Positions 45,671-54,463 of a stretch of 64,000 bases of DNA are shown here, piece by piece. The translations under genes were made by a program, and so were the position numbers. Positions within the stretch are counted from its first letter, which is position 1. The number at the start of each line of letters is the position of its first letter. The notes under the pieces were generated by a model. It was not told where the DNA came from. It saw only the letters and a list, made by a program, of their open reading frames with translations, and did no database searches. The stretch comes from an uncultured Dehalococcoidales bacterium. Lineage in GTDB: Bacteria > Chloroflexota > Dehalococcoidia > E44-bin15. The stretch covers positions 2,465-66,464 of the forward strand of contig CAYRYW010000003.1 of NCBI GenBank assembly GCA_964428725.1, read 5' to 3'.

Positions 45671-47860
45671 TCATAGTGCGAAATCGTCGGGAAGGGCCCA
45701 GAAATCCCGGTAGCTCTGAGTGAACGCCCCGCTCATCTTCATACTGCTGCGGTACATCTCCAGCATCAATGGATGCATGTCCCGCGAGACTATCCTGTCG
45801 CGGTTTTCCCTCCACCAATCTTTGACCGGTACGGCGCGCGACAGTCGCTGCTTGCGCCTGGATTGGCGCAGCTGGGCGGTCTCCGTCTCATCCACCGTCC
45901 ATTCCTTCGACACCTCATCGTAGCTGGCCTTGACACAGTAGATATTGCTGGCCTGCCACTCGGTGGTAAGCCCGTTATCCATGTCTGCCTTGATCCAAGC
46001 CGGGTCCCTCTCTATAGGGTCGCCCAGTCCTCCACCAGAAGCGGAGCAGGAAATGAGGAGGTCGCCCTCGAATATCTCCGCAGGGACCGGGAGAAGGCCG
46101 CAGTCGGTGACCTGGCCGGGGAACCGTTCCGCCAGGTCCCTGGGGTCGCCGATATTGTGGAGCAACGGCTGCCTCTTCCCGATTAGTTCTGTGAGGTTCT
46201 CATGGCGCAGCAGCAGGGTGTTTCGCCGCCCGCCAGGGTATCCGCCGAACTGGCCCAGGTTGGGGATGATGAAATCTGAAGCGGTTCCGACGACACCGCA
46301 GCCAACCAGCTGCTGGGAGCGGTGAGCCATGGATATCTGCGGCACTGCCAGGCCAGCGCGGAACCGGCCGTAACCCACGGAGTAGGGTTCGAGCCGTCGC
46401 GTCATCTCCATCTGGGGAACGAACATCTCCCACACCTCTATATTGCCCATATCAACCTCAGGGGTTGCCAGCCACCCGCCGCAATCGACACCATCGCACA
46501 CCCCGCATGCCCCGGGGCCGAAGTTGCCTGTGCCCGCCGCCATCAGCGGGCGCTTAACACCCATCTGATCGTATCCGGCCACCATCCAGCCACCTGAGGA
46601 ACGGTAGTTGAACGTCTCCTCCCTGAAGCCGCGAAGGTAATATGCTATGCCCAGCATGTGCGTCCACATCCCGAATATATCCAACAGTGGTGCCCATGGG
46701 GTAGAGGTGGCGAGCTTCCGGATCTGGGTCGGGTTGAGCAGCGAGTCCGGGGCCAGGCCTACTACATCTATGGGAAGAAGCGATCCCAGATTGCCGCGCC
46801 CGTCGTAGGAAAGTGTCTGCACAGTAGCGACGGAGACGCCGCCCCAGACTGCCTTGGGGGTGCCGTTGAACGCATGCCAGCCCCATTCGCCGGTCCCCTC
46901 GAAATCGATCACCAGATGACCCGAGGGCAGGATATCCATTTGTATGGGAATGAGGCGAATCGTATCACGCTTGGCGGGAATCCACGCCACCGGCTGATTC
47001 GCCATGGGGAACTCGGCGGTCACCACGTTGCGATATCGGCCGGGGACCATCCGCTGACGGATGCGGGCGATCTGGTTGCGCCGTTCCTCCTCTATCAGTT
47101 CCCTCGTTGCCCGCTTGTAGTAGTCGATGCCGAATTCACGTATTATGCGCTTGATCTCTTCCCGTACGCGGATGTTAGCCGCCATCGCCCCCTTGCGATC
47201 CAGCAGGAAGATATCCGCCATATCCAGGCTGAGCTCTATCTTATGCTCGAAATCACGGTTAAGCTTATCGTTAGAGCCTATTCGCTCGCAGCAGAACTTC
47301 AGCCCGTCCGTGCCCCGTTCTACATTAGCCGTAGGCATCATGCCGGGGGTGACGGCGCCGATATCCATCTCCATGATTACCGTGGACACCCAGCCGACCA
47401 GCTCCCCCTCCCAGAAGATGGGCAGCATATCGTAGACGTCCGCGGCGTGCATGCCGGCTATAACCGGGTCGTTGGCGATGAAGAAATCACCGTCGTTTAT
47501 CCCCATCTCCTCCTCGTAATTCTTATTGATCATCCACTGTATATTGTCACCCATGAGCCTGATGTGTACCTGAATGCCGGTAGACTGGGCGACGTTATCC
47601 CCCTCGGGGGTATACAGGCCAAGGCACAGCTCGGCCACCTCACGAACGAAAGGGGAGCCGGAGACCATGCGGGTGGTCTCTCTGCCGGCTATCAGCGATG
47701 CCATTATCCGCGAGTGAAACAGCTCGCTCCTGATGGGGTCCTGCTTCAGCAGATGGGGCTCGGTGATGCCGGCATAGCAGCCCGTTTCGCGGTACAGCCG
47801 CTCACTCTCCTCCAGCATCTGCTTGAGGGTCTTACCATTCTCTCCAATGCCTTTATGCAT
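45671..47860 (-). CDS. acxB: Hydantoinase B/oxoprolinase-family subunit (acetone carboxylase alpha-like)
   Basis: Hydantoinase_B blocks (DP...E.F..R..., NDP..G..H..D......F..GELVGW). Start set at ATG 47860 (GGAGG 5 nt upstream), 15 nt after the acxA stop. The ORF-track start 47899 overlaps acxA. Confidence 0.85.
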   Translation of the reverse strand: MHKGIGENGKTLKQMLEESERLYRETGCYAGITEPHLLKQDPIRSELFHSRIMASLIAGRETTRMVSGSPFVREVAELCLGLYTPEGDNVAQSTGIQVHIRLMGDNIQWMINKNYEEEMGINDGDFFIANDPVIAGMHAADVYDMLPIFWEGELVGWVSTVIMEMDIGAVTPGMMPTANVERGTDGLKFCCERIGSNDKLNRDFEHKIELSLDMADIFLLDRKGAMAANIRVREEIKRIIREFGIDYYKRATRELIEEERRNQIARIRQRMVPGRYRNVVTAEFPMANQPVAWIPAKRDTIRLIPIQMDILPSGHLVIDFEGTGEWGWHAFNGTPKAVWGGVSVATVQTLSYDGRGNLGSLLPIDVVGLAPDSLLNPTQIRKLATSTPWAPLLDIFGMWTHMLGIAYYLRGFREETFNYRSSGGWMVAGYDQMGVKRPLMAAGTGNFGPGACGVCDGVDCGGWLATPEVDMGNIEVWEMFVPQMEMTRRLEPYSVGYGRFRAGLAVPQISMAHRSQQLVGCGVVGTASDFIIPNLGQFGGYPGGRRNTLLLRHENLTELIGKRQPLLHNIGDPRDLAERFPGQVTDCGLLPVPAEIFEGDLLISCSASGGGLGDPIERDPAWIKADMDNGLTTEWQASNIYCVKASYDEVSKEWTVDETETAQLRQSRRKQRLSRAVPVKDWWRENRDRIVSRDMHPLMLEMYRSSMKMSGAFTQSYRDFWALPDDFAL

Positions 47861-47874
47861 GCCCGCCTCCATTA

Positions 47875-50019
47875 TCAGGTGAGCCACAGCATCGACCACT
47901 CGTCCATCCGCGTTCGTCTTCGCGGCGGGATGAAGAAGGTGGTTGCTGGAGCTTCGATTACCGCTATCCCCTCGATCTCGTTCCCCGGCCTGATGCGGTC
48001 CATGTCATATATAACAGCCTTATGCCACTTATCTTCGAAGTACACTTCCCTCTCCCCTTTAATGGCCTCCTCGGGCGGCACCTTGCCCTCCAGTGGCCGC
48101 TTGACCAGCTTGGGCTTGACCTTGGGAATGGTGGCGGTAAGCCCCAGCTCCATTATCTGATACCCCGCCTGGCGGTGCTTGGCTACCCCGGCATACACCC
48201 TCTCATAGAGGTCCTCAAACGCTGCCAGCAGCTTATCCATATCCGCGGCACTGTCTATGCGGGATACCGGCGACTGTACCTCGATGTCATCCATCTGGCT
48301 GCCGTATCGCACATAGGCGATACGGCGCACCTTGGCCTGCTCCCAGGGCAGGCCTTCCTCAACGAACTCAGCCTGGGCCAGTCGCTCCAGCTCATCCCAG
48401 CCGGGATTAAGCATCAGCTGTCCCATCATCAGTTTCCAACTGTCGTCGGCCCCCGCCTGGATCACCACGGCGGTGGACTTCTGGTAGCGATGGCTGATGT
48501 CTACCGCAGCGCAGCCAAAGGACGAGAAGGCCGCGGCCCACGGCATGGTGGCCACCCCTTTGAAGGGCAGGCCTTCGGTATAGCCGGCAACGTGCATCGG
48601 GCCAGCTCCGCCGTAACACAGGAGGTGATAGTCCGCCGGGGAAAAGCCCCGGGCATAGAGCACCGCCCTGATATGCTCCTTCATAGTGCTGTTAATGAGC
48701 CTGTACACCCCTTCTGCCAGGTAGTAGGGGTCAACGCCGAGGACATCGGCGCACTTCTCCTTTATGGCTTTCAGGGCTTTTTCCTTGTTTAACTTAAGCT
48801 TGCCGCCGAGGTAATTATCCGGATTCAGGATCCCCATGATGACGCAGCAGTCCATCACGGTGGGCACCTCGTTGCCCATGTCGTAGCACACCGGCCCCGG
48901 GTCTGCCCCTGCGCTCTCCGGGCCGACCTTTATTCGCCTGGTGATGGGGTCTATAGTGACGAACATCCCCGTGCCCGCCCCTATGGTATCCATTAGCAGG
49001 GTGGGGATATTATATATTCTGCGGTTGATGACCACCTCCCGCACCATGACCGGCTCGCCGCCCATGATGAGGCCGACATCGAAGCTTGTGCCGCCCATAT
49101 CGGAGCACACCCAGTTGCCTATTCCCATCTCGTGTACCAGATATCGGGCGCCGAGCAGCCCGCCTATGGGCCCGGAGAAGCAACCTTCGTGGATCCGGGG
49201 GTAGCGGATATTGGTCACACCTCCATGCGCCAGCACGATCTGGAGGGGATAGCGATAACCCCTGTCGTGGAGCCTGCTCTCGATCTTGAACAACTGCTCG
49301 CGGCCGGGCTCGGCAGCGTAGGCGTGGAGCACCAGCGTGTTAAGCCGCGGCTGCTCCCTGGTGATGGGGCAAAGCTGGTGAGAAAGATACACCGGCACCT
49401 GGCGGCCGCGCTTCTGCATTATCTCAGCGGCGATCTCAGCTACCTTCAGCTCATGCGCCGGGTTCATCCACGAGTACCACAGGCAGACGGCAATGGCATC
49501 CACCTGCTCATCCAGCAGCTCCTCCACGCTCTGAATAACCTCGTGTTCATACAGTGGTACAGCCTCCATGGAGAACATATCTATGCGGCCGGTTACACCC
49601 TTGACCAGACGGCGGGGCACCAGCGGGAGGTTGTGGTGGTGGGTTACGTGGTGCAGGACGTCCTGATAGGCATAGCCCGCCCAGGTCTGCTTGCTGCGCT
49701 CATGGATGAAAACGTCCTCATCGCCCCGCTGGGTAATGACCCCCACCTTCCTGCCGGTTGCAGTGAGCAGCGCATTCAACATGGAAGTGCCGCTGTAAAC
49801 AATGGCCTCAACGCCGGGGAGGATATTCCCGGCCTCTTTCTCGAAATCGACACTCCAGTGCTCGAAGGCATCTATCAGGGATTCGTGGAAGCCCAGCGAT
49901 TGGTCGTGCGGGGTGGTAGCCGCCTTGCCGATGGCGAAATTCCCCTCGCCGTCTACCACAATCATGTCGGTCATGGTGCCGCCGGCGTCACTGGCGATGA
50001 TTTGAACCTGTCTCTGCAT
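47875..50019 (-). CDS. acxA: Hydantoinase A/oxoprolinase-family subunit (acetone carboxylase beta-like)
   Basis: N-terminal I.SDAGGT.TD..VVD, a central DMGGTSFDV ATPase motif (ASKHA fold), 714 aa. Confidence 0.85.
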   Translation of the reverse strand: MQRQVQIIASDAGGTMTDMIVVDGEGNFAIGKAATTPHDQSLGFHESLIDAFEHWSVDFEKEAGNILPGVEAIVYSGTSMLNALLTATGRKVGVITQRGDEDVFIHERSKQTWAGYAYQDVLHHVTHHHNLPLVPRRLVKGVTGRIDMFSMEAVPLYEHEVIQSVEELLDEQVDAIAVCLWYSWMNPAHELKVAEIAAEIMQKRGRQVPVYLSHQLCPITREQPRLNTLVLHAYAAEPGREQLFKIESRLHDRGYRYPLQIVLAHGGVTNIRYPRIHEGCFSGPIGGLLGARYLVHEMGIGNWVCSDMGGTSFDVGLIMGGEPVMVREVVINRRIYNIPTLLMDTIGAGTGMFVTIDPITRRIKVGPESAGADPGPVCYDMGNEVPTVMDCCVIMGILNPDNYLGGKLKLNKEKALKAIKEKCADVLGVDPYYLAEGVYRLINSTMKEHIRAVLYARGFSPADYHLLCYGGAGPMHVAGYTEGLPFKGVATMPWAAAFSSFGCAAVDISHRYQKSTAVVIQAGADDSWKLMMGQLMLNPGWDELERLAQAEFVEEGLPWEQAKVRRIAYVRYGSQMDDIEVQSPVSRIDSAADMDKLLAAFEDLYERVYAGVAKHRQAGYQIMELGLTATIPKVKPKLVKRPLEGKVPPEEAIKGEREVYFEDKWHKAVIYDMDRIRPGNEIEGIAVIEAPATTFFIPPRRRTRMDEWSMLWLT

Positions 50020-50228
50020 GGCGTGCTCGGGGGTACCGGTGTAGAGTATGATAAATGATTTTGAACCGGCAAGTCAAACCGCCTTGTGACTTCGCTCATT
50101 AGATTTTACCCGGCGTCTTTTTTCAGTGCGATGATGCCGATTTAATTATACGATTGGGTCGGTTTAACACCGATCCTGAATATGCTATAATCCAGCCTGA
50201 ACATTCGCTACGGAAAGGAAAATCGATA

Positions 50229-50969
50229 ATGGGCAAAGTGGATATAAAGATACTGGGACTTTCGGCGACGCCGGTCAAGGACGGCAACTGCGATACCTAT
50301 GTGCGCGAGAGCCTCAAGGCGGCCGCAGAGATGTCGGGCCCGCTGGGCAAGGTGGAAACCGAGTTCATATCGCTGGCGGATAAGAAGATCGCCATGTGCG
50401 TCAACTGCCAGTGGTGCATCAAGAACAAGAAACCGTGCAAGGTGAAGGACGATGCGCAGGAAATATTCGAACGCATCATCGCCGCCGACGGGATCATCTT
50501 CGGCGCGCCGGCGTGGGGGCTGACCCTGTCGCCGCCGCTGACCATACTGTGGTCGCGGGTGCGTTACTACGCCATATTCACGCAGTCGTTGAAGAACAAG
50601 GTGACCGGTTACCTGACCGTCGGCTTCTTCGGGCTGGGCTTCGACGCCTGCCTCGACCAGATGGAGAACCTGATGAAGCGCATGATGATACCGGTGGCTC
50701 GCGGGTGGGCGGTGACCAGCACCATATACACCGGAGAACGCCCCAGCTACCTGGAGCACGGCGTGCTGGACGATAAGCGCGGCATGATCATGGGACAGCA
50801 GGCGGGGGTTCGCGTCGTCGAGATAACGCGGATGATCAAGTATGCCACCGAGCACGGCATCGTGCTGCCCGACGAGTACAAAACCACCGTTTTCGGCGGA
50901 CACTGGGAGCGCAAGCGCAAGAAGGTCTTCGTGGATGGCGTATGGCGGGAGGCCGGGGATGGCGACTAA
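50229..50969 (+). CDS. Iron-sulfur flavoprotein (Isf) / NADPH-dependent FMN reductase-like protein
   Basis: Flavodoxin-like I.ILGLSATP.K.GN plus a compact CVNCQWCIKNKKPC motif (C-x2-C-x2-C-x6-C) like the Isf [4Fe-4S] site. ATG 50229 preceded by AAGGAAA. Confidence 0.7.
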   Translation: MGKVDIKILGLSATPVKDGNCDTYVRESLKAAAEMSGPLGKVETEFISLADKKIAMCVNCQWCIKNKKPCKVKDDAQEIFERIIAADGIIFGAPAWGLTLSPPLTILWSRVRYYAIFTQSLKNKVTGYLTVGFFGLGFDACLDQMENLMKRMMIPVARGWAVTSTIYTGERPSYLEHGVLDDKRGMIMGQQAGVRVVEITRMIKYATEHGIVLPDEYKTTVFGGHWERKRKKVFVDGVWREAGDGD

Positions 50970-52236
50970 GAAGCCGCGCAAGGTCAGTGCCGAGGAGGCT
51001 ATCGCCGCCATAAAGCCCGGCGACAGAGTGTTCATAGAAGGGACGTGCGGCGAGCCGCGGACGCTGGTGGATGCGCTGGTCACGGATAGGAAGCGGCTCG
51101 AGGGCACACATCTGCTGGACAGCCGGGTTATCGCCGGCTCACCCTACGCTGCGCTCACCGATTACTTCCACATCATCACCATGCACGTCAGCCCCGACCT
51201 GCGCGACGGTGTGAAGGATGGCACCATCGATTTCATACCCGTGAGCCTGACGCAGACACCGATGCTGTTTAAAACGACTTTTCCCCCGGACGTGGCGCTG
51301 GTACACCTGTCGCCACCCGACAATGAAGGCTATCTGAGCTTCGGTGCAGTGCCGGGATTTAACCGCGACGCGGCGCGCTGTGCCAGGAAGGTCATCGCTC
51401 AGGTGAACGACCAGATGCCGTACACCTACGGGGACAGCCTGATACACAAAAGCGATATCGACTACGTTGTCGAAGTGTCGCGCCCGGTGCAGCCCTGGCC
51501 TGATCCCAAGATAGGCGTGGAAGAGGAGGCGGTCGCCAGCGTGGTCTGCGAGCGAATCAACGATGGCGACACCATATGCATCGGAGTCGGCGCGATCCCT
51601 GAGGCGCTGGTCAAGTTGCTCAAGGATCGAAGGCATCTGGGGATGCACACCGGCATGATCACCGACGGCACGGTTGACCTGATGCAGAGCGGAGTGGTAA
51701 CCAACGAGCGCAAGGCGATGGATAAGGGCAAGACGGTTAGCGGGGCGGCCGCCGGCACCGACAAACTGTTCCGCTTTATCGACAAGAACCCGCAGGTGGC
51801 GATGCACCCCTACACCTACACCCACGACGCCAACAACATCTGCAGGTTCGATAACTTCATCACCATCGTGTCAGCCATCGAGGTCGACCTGTCGGGGCAG
51901 GTGAATGCGGAGACCGTCAGGGGAGTGCAGATAAGCGCTGTCGGTGGTCAGGCGGAGTGGCTGCGCGGGGCTGCGCAGTCCCCCAACGGGCGGTCGATTA
52001 TCGCCTTCACCTCCTCGATACGGGGCAAGACCTCACATGTTTCCCGCATCGTGCCGCACCTCAGCGAGGGGACGGCGGTCAGCGTGCCGCGCTACGACAT
52101 CGACTGCGTGGCCACCGAGTACGGCATCGCTGAGCTTAAGGGCAGGACGCTGAACGAGCGCGCACGGGCACTGATCGCGATCGCACACCCCGAGTTCCGC
52201 GAAGGGCTGGAAAAGGCCTGGCGCGGGATAAGCTAG
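50959..52236 (+). CDS. Acetyl-CoA hydrolase/transferase family protein (4-hydroxybutyrate CoA-transferase-like)
   Basis: S.EEA...IK.GD.V ... GEP..L...L, G.QIS..GGQ.... and HP.FR..L C-terminus typical of the family. Start at ATG 50959 overlaps the Isf stop. Confidence 0.85.
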   Translation: MATKKPRKVSAEEAIAAIKPGDRVFIEGTCGEPRTLVDALVTDRKRLEGTHLLDSRVIAGSPYAALTDYFHIITMHVSPDLRDGVKDGTIDFIPVSLTQTPMLFKTTFPPDVALVHLSPPDNEGYLSFGAVPGFNRDAARCARKVIAQVNDQMPYTYGDSLIHKSDIDYVVEVSRPVQPWPDPKIGVEEEAVASVVCERINDGDTICIGVGAIPEALVKLLKDRRHLGMHTGMITDGTVDLMQSGVVTNERKAMDKGKTVSGAAAGTDKLFRFIDKNPQVAMHPYTYTHDANNICRFDNFITIVSAIEVDLSGQVNAETVRGVQISAVGGQAEWLRGAAQSPNGRSIIAFTSSIRGKTSHVSRIVPHLSEGTAVSVPRYDIDCVATEYGIAELKGRTLNERARALIAIAHPEFREGLEKAWRGIS

Positions 52237-53666
52237 GACTCGGGCCGTCGTCTCACGGCGAAGAGGGATGTGATCGCGGCGATGCCCGCCATCATAGCCC
52301 CCGATGTGTATGCCCAGCGCAGACCGTTAACAAACTCGTCTACCTCTGAGCCAGTAAGTTGGCCTATGTGCCCAGAGGCTGCCACCGGCGCAAGGTTATA
52401 CAGCACAGCCCCCGCTATCGCGATCCCCAGGACCATGCCCACGTTGCGCATGGCAGCCAGCACCCCCGAGGCGATGCCCAGGCGCATCGGCGGGACGCTG
52501 CCCATGACCGCGCTGTTGTTCGGGCTCTGAAACATGCCACTGCCTATGCCGCATACGGCCAGTCGCCAGGCGACATCGAAGCTGTTCGAATTTGCGTCCA
52601 GACCGCCCAATAAGAACATGCCGATAGAGCAGACAATCATGCCACTAACCGCTAGGCTCCTGCTACCAATGCGATCCGATAGCATCCCACTCAACGGTGC
52701 TACAATAAGCGTGGCGACCGGAGAAGCAACCATCACCAGCCCCACTTTGAGGATGCTGTATTTCAGCACGAAAGCAAGGTAAAAAGGTGTTATGAATACA
52801 AGGGCATAAAGCGCCATGAAGTTGATCAGGGCGCTGAGGCTGGCGAAGCTGAACACGCGGCTGTGGAACAGCTCCAGGTTGAGCATGGGCTGTTTCGCCC
52901 TTCGTTCGATTTGTATGAACGCAGTGGCTGATATCACAGAGACTGCTATCAGGCTAATGGAGGCGGCGGACAGCCATCCCCAGTCGCCGCCCCGGTTGGC
53001 AAACAGCAGGAAGCTGGTCAGAAAGGCGAAGGCGGCAATGGCGCCCGGCACGTCCAGTCGCTGTCCTGGCTTCACGTCGCCCTTGGGTATCACGTGCGAC
53101 CCTAGTGCGACAGCGCAGATCCCGATTGGCACATTGACAAAGAACACATAGCGCCAATTTAAGTATTCAGCGATCGCGCCGCCCAGCGTCGGCCCGATGC
53201 CTAAGCCGATAGCAATACTGATAGCATATATGCCCAGAGCCCTGCCTCTCTCGCGAGGCGGGAAAGTCGAAGTGATGATGGCGAAGCTCACCGACATCAT
53301 CATGCCTGCCGCCAGCCCCTGCAGTGCCCGGAACGCTATCAGCATCCATACGCTCTGCGAGAACCCACACAGTATCGATGTAACGGTGAAAGCAGTCAGC
53401 CCACATATGAAAATCTTCTTGTACCCGAGCATATCGCCCAGCCGCCCGTAAAGCAGGATTAGGCAGCTTATCGTTAGCAGGTATACGGTCGGTACCCACT
53501 GGGTGATGGATACATCGGTCTGGAAGAAATCGGTAATTTCCGGCAGGATGGTATTAACGATACTGGCATCGAGGGGGCCCATGAGGCTCCCCAACATCAC
53601 CGCTCCCAGGACAAGCCACTTGGGATCGAGACCCTTATTCATAGCTTGCGCATTGTCATTGGCCAC
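52233..53666 (-). CDS. MFS transporter, DHA2 (EmrB/QacA-like, 14 TM) family
   Basis: LD.SIVN..LP.I, GRLGD..G.KK.F and 14 hydrophobic segments. Convergent with the CoA-transferase gene; the stop codons overlap in CTAG. Confidence 0.85.
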   Translation of the reverse strand: MANDNAQAMNKGLDPKWLVLGAVMLGSLMGPLDASIVNTILPEITDFFQTDVSITQWVPTVYLLTISCLILLYGRLGDMLGYKKIFICGLTAFTVTSILCGFSQSVWMLIAFRALQGLAAGMMMSVSFAIITSTFPPRERGRALGIYAISIAIGLGIGPTLGGAIAEYLNWRYVFFVNVPIGICAVALGSHVIPKGDVKPGQRLDVPGAIAAFAFLTSFLLFANRGGDWGWLSAASISLIAVSVISATAFIQIERRAKQPMLNLELFHSRVFSFASLSALINFMALYALVFITPFYLAFVLKYSILKVGLVMVASPVATLIVAPLSGMLSDRIGSRSLAVSGMIVCSIGMFLLGGLDANSNSFDVAWRLAVCGIGSGMFQSPNNSAVMGSVPPMRLGIASGVLAAMRNVGMVLGIAIAGAVLYNLAPVAASGHIGQLTGSEVDEFVNGLRWAYTSGAMMAGIAAITSLFAVRRRPES

Positions 53667-53730
53667 GTATTACCTCGATAGCGGAAGGGCCCTATTTGTT
53701 TCATCGGCTTGATACGAGCCTATCTCTTTC

Positions 53731-54075
53731 TTAGCCGCGGGATAGCTTGGCGCTGACAAGCCGGTTCAAGCTTACGTGAGACTCGGCAGCCTCTATCACC
53801 AGCTTGCGGTGCACCTCTGGCGGCACGCGCACCTGGAACTTGCCGCTATATTTCCCCAGCGCTATCGGAGTCGGGATATTTTCATTTAAGGCTTTCATAT
53901 CCGCGATTACATCGGCTACCAGCTTCCTGATGCCTTTTAGCGCCGTTTCAGGCTCATCGTCCAGCCAGCTCAGGCCAGGGAACTCGGCGCACAGTCCCAC
54001 ATACTCCTGATCCTCCTCCGACCAGATAACACGATATGTATATTTATCGTTTATTGCTGATGTTTTAGTTGTCAT
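53731..54075 (-). CDS. hicB: HicB-family antitoxin (N-terminal HicB fold plus C-terminal RHH-like DNA-binding segment)
   Basis: YTYRV.WSEED.EYVG.CAEFP.LS.....PE.AL.GI and C-terminal SGKF.VR.P.E.HR.L...A....VSLN.L...KL. Confidence 0.75.
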   Translation of the reverse strand: MTTKTSAINDKYTYRVIWSEEDQEYVGLCAEFPGLSWLDDEPETALKGIRKLVADVIADMKALNENIPTPIALGKYSGKFQVRVPPEVHRKLVIEAAESHVSLNRLVSAKLSRG

Positions 54076-54316
54076 CTACCGCCTCCAATCTCTCAATAGT
54101 TCTGAGCACCTGTCTCACCTGATACGCCTTAGCCATTCCCTTATCATCCTGAATGTTCAAACGCGGGTCATCCTTTAACGGAGTCTTGTAGATGCGATGG
54201 CTGGAAGCCTTATGCCTAGGCTCGCCAAAGTAATGGTCGCAGACCTTGCACAGATCATCGAATCTCACCCCTTTCGCATTCTGCCGCATCAGGGCCAGGG
54301 TTTTGTCGATTTTCAC
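54065..54316 (-). CDS. hicA: HicA-family mRNA interferase toxin
   Basis: 83 aa, ...SSHRIYKTP......LNIQ...G.AK.YQV.QV...I pattern. 11-nt overlap with hicB. GTG start. Confidence 0.65.
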   Translation of the reverse strand: MKIDKTLALMRQNAKGVRFDDLCKVCDHYFGEPRHKASSHRIYKTPLKDDPRLNIQDDKGMAKAYQVRQVLRTIERLEAVDDN

Positions 54317-54322
54317 GATTTC

Positions 54323-54351
54323 ATGGTATCATTATTGATATCATTTGTCAA
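54323..54351 (-). promoter_or_regulatory. hicAB promoter with embedded palindromic operator candidate; likely leaderless transcript
   Basis: TTGACA (54351-54346), a 17-nt spacer containing TGATATCA, then TACCAT (54328-54323). Only 6 nt separate the -10 from the GTG start at 54316. Confidence 0.45.
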
Positions 54352-54367
54352 TACATTCATGTCATCG

Positions 54368-54397
54368 GTAGCAGGCACAGCATGCTGTGCCTGCTAC
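54368..54397. repeat. Perfect 30-nt palindrome (14-bp arms)
   Basis: gtagcaggcacagc-at-gctgtgcctgctac, between the hicA promoter and the crotonase terminator. Confidence 0.9.
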
Positions 54398-54413
54398 GTG
54401 GATTATCATAAAC

Positions 54414-54444
54414 AAAAAAGCCCTCCATTGCAGAGGGCTTTTTC
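54414..54444 (-). terminator. Intrinsic (bidirectional-looking) terminator after the crotonase gene
   Basis: AAAAAAG-CCCTC-cattgca-GAGGG-CTTTTTC. On the minus strand the stem is followed by UUUUUUG. Confidence 0.7.
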
Positions 54445-54463
54445 TATATCTGTCGACCTTAAA

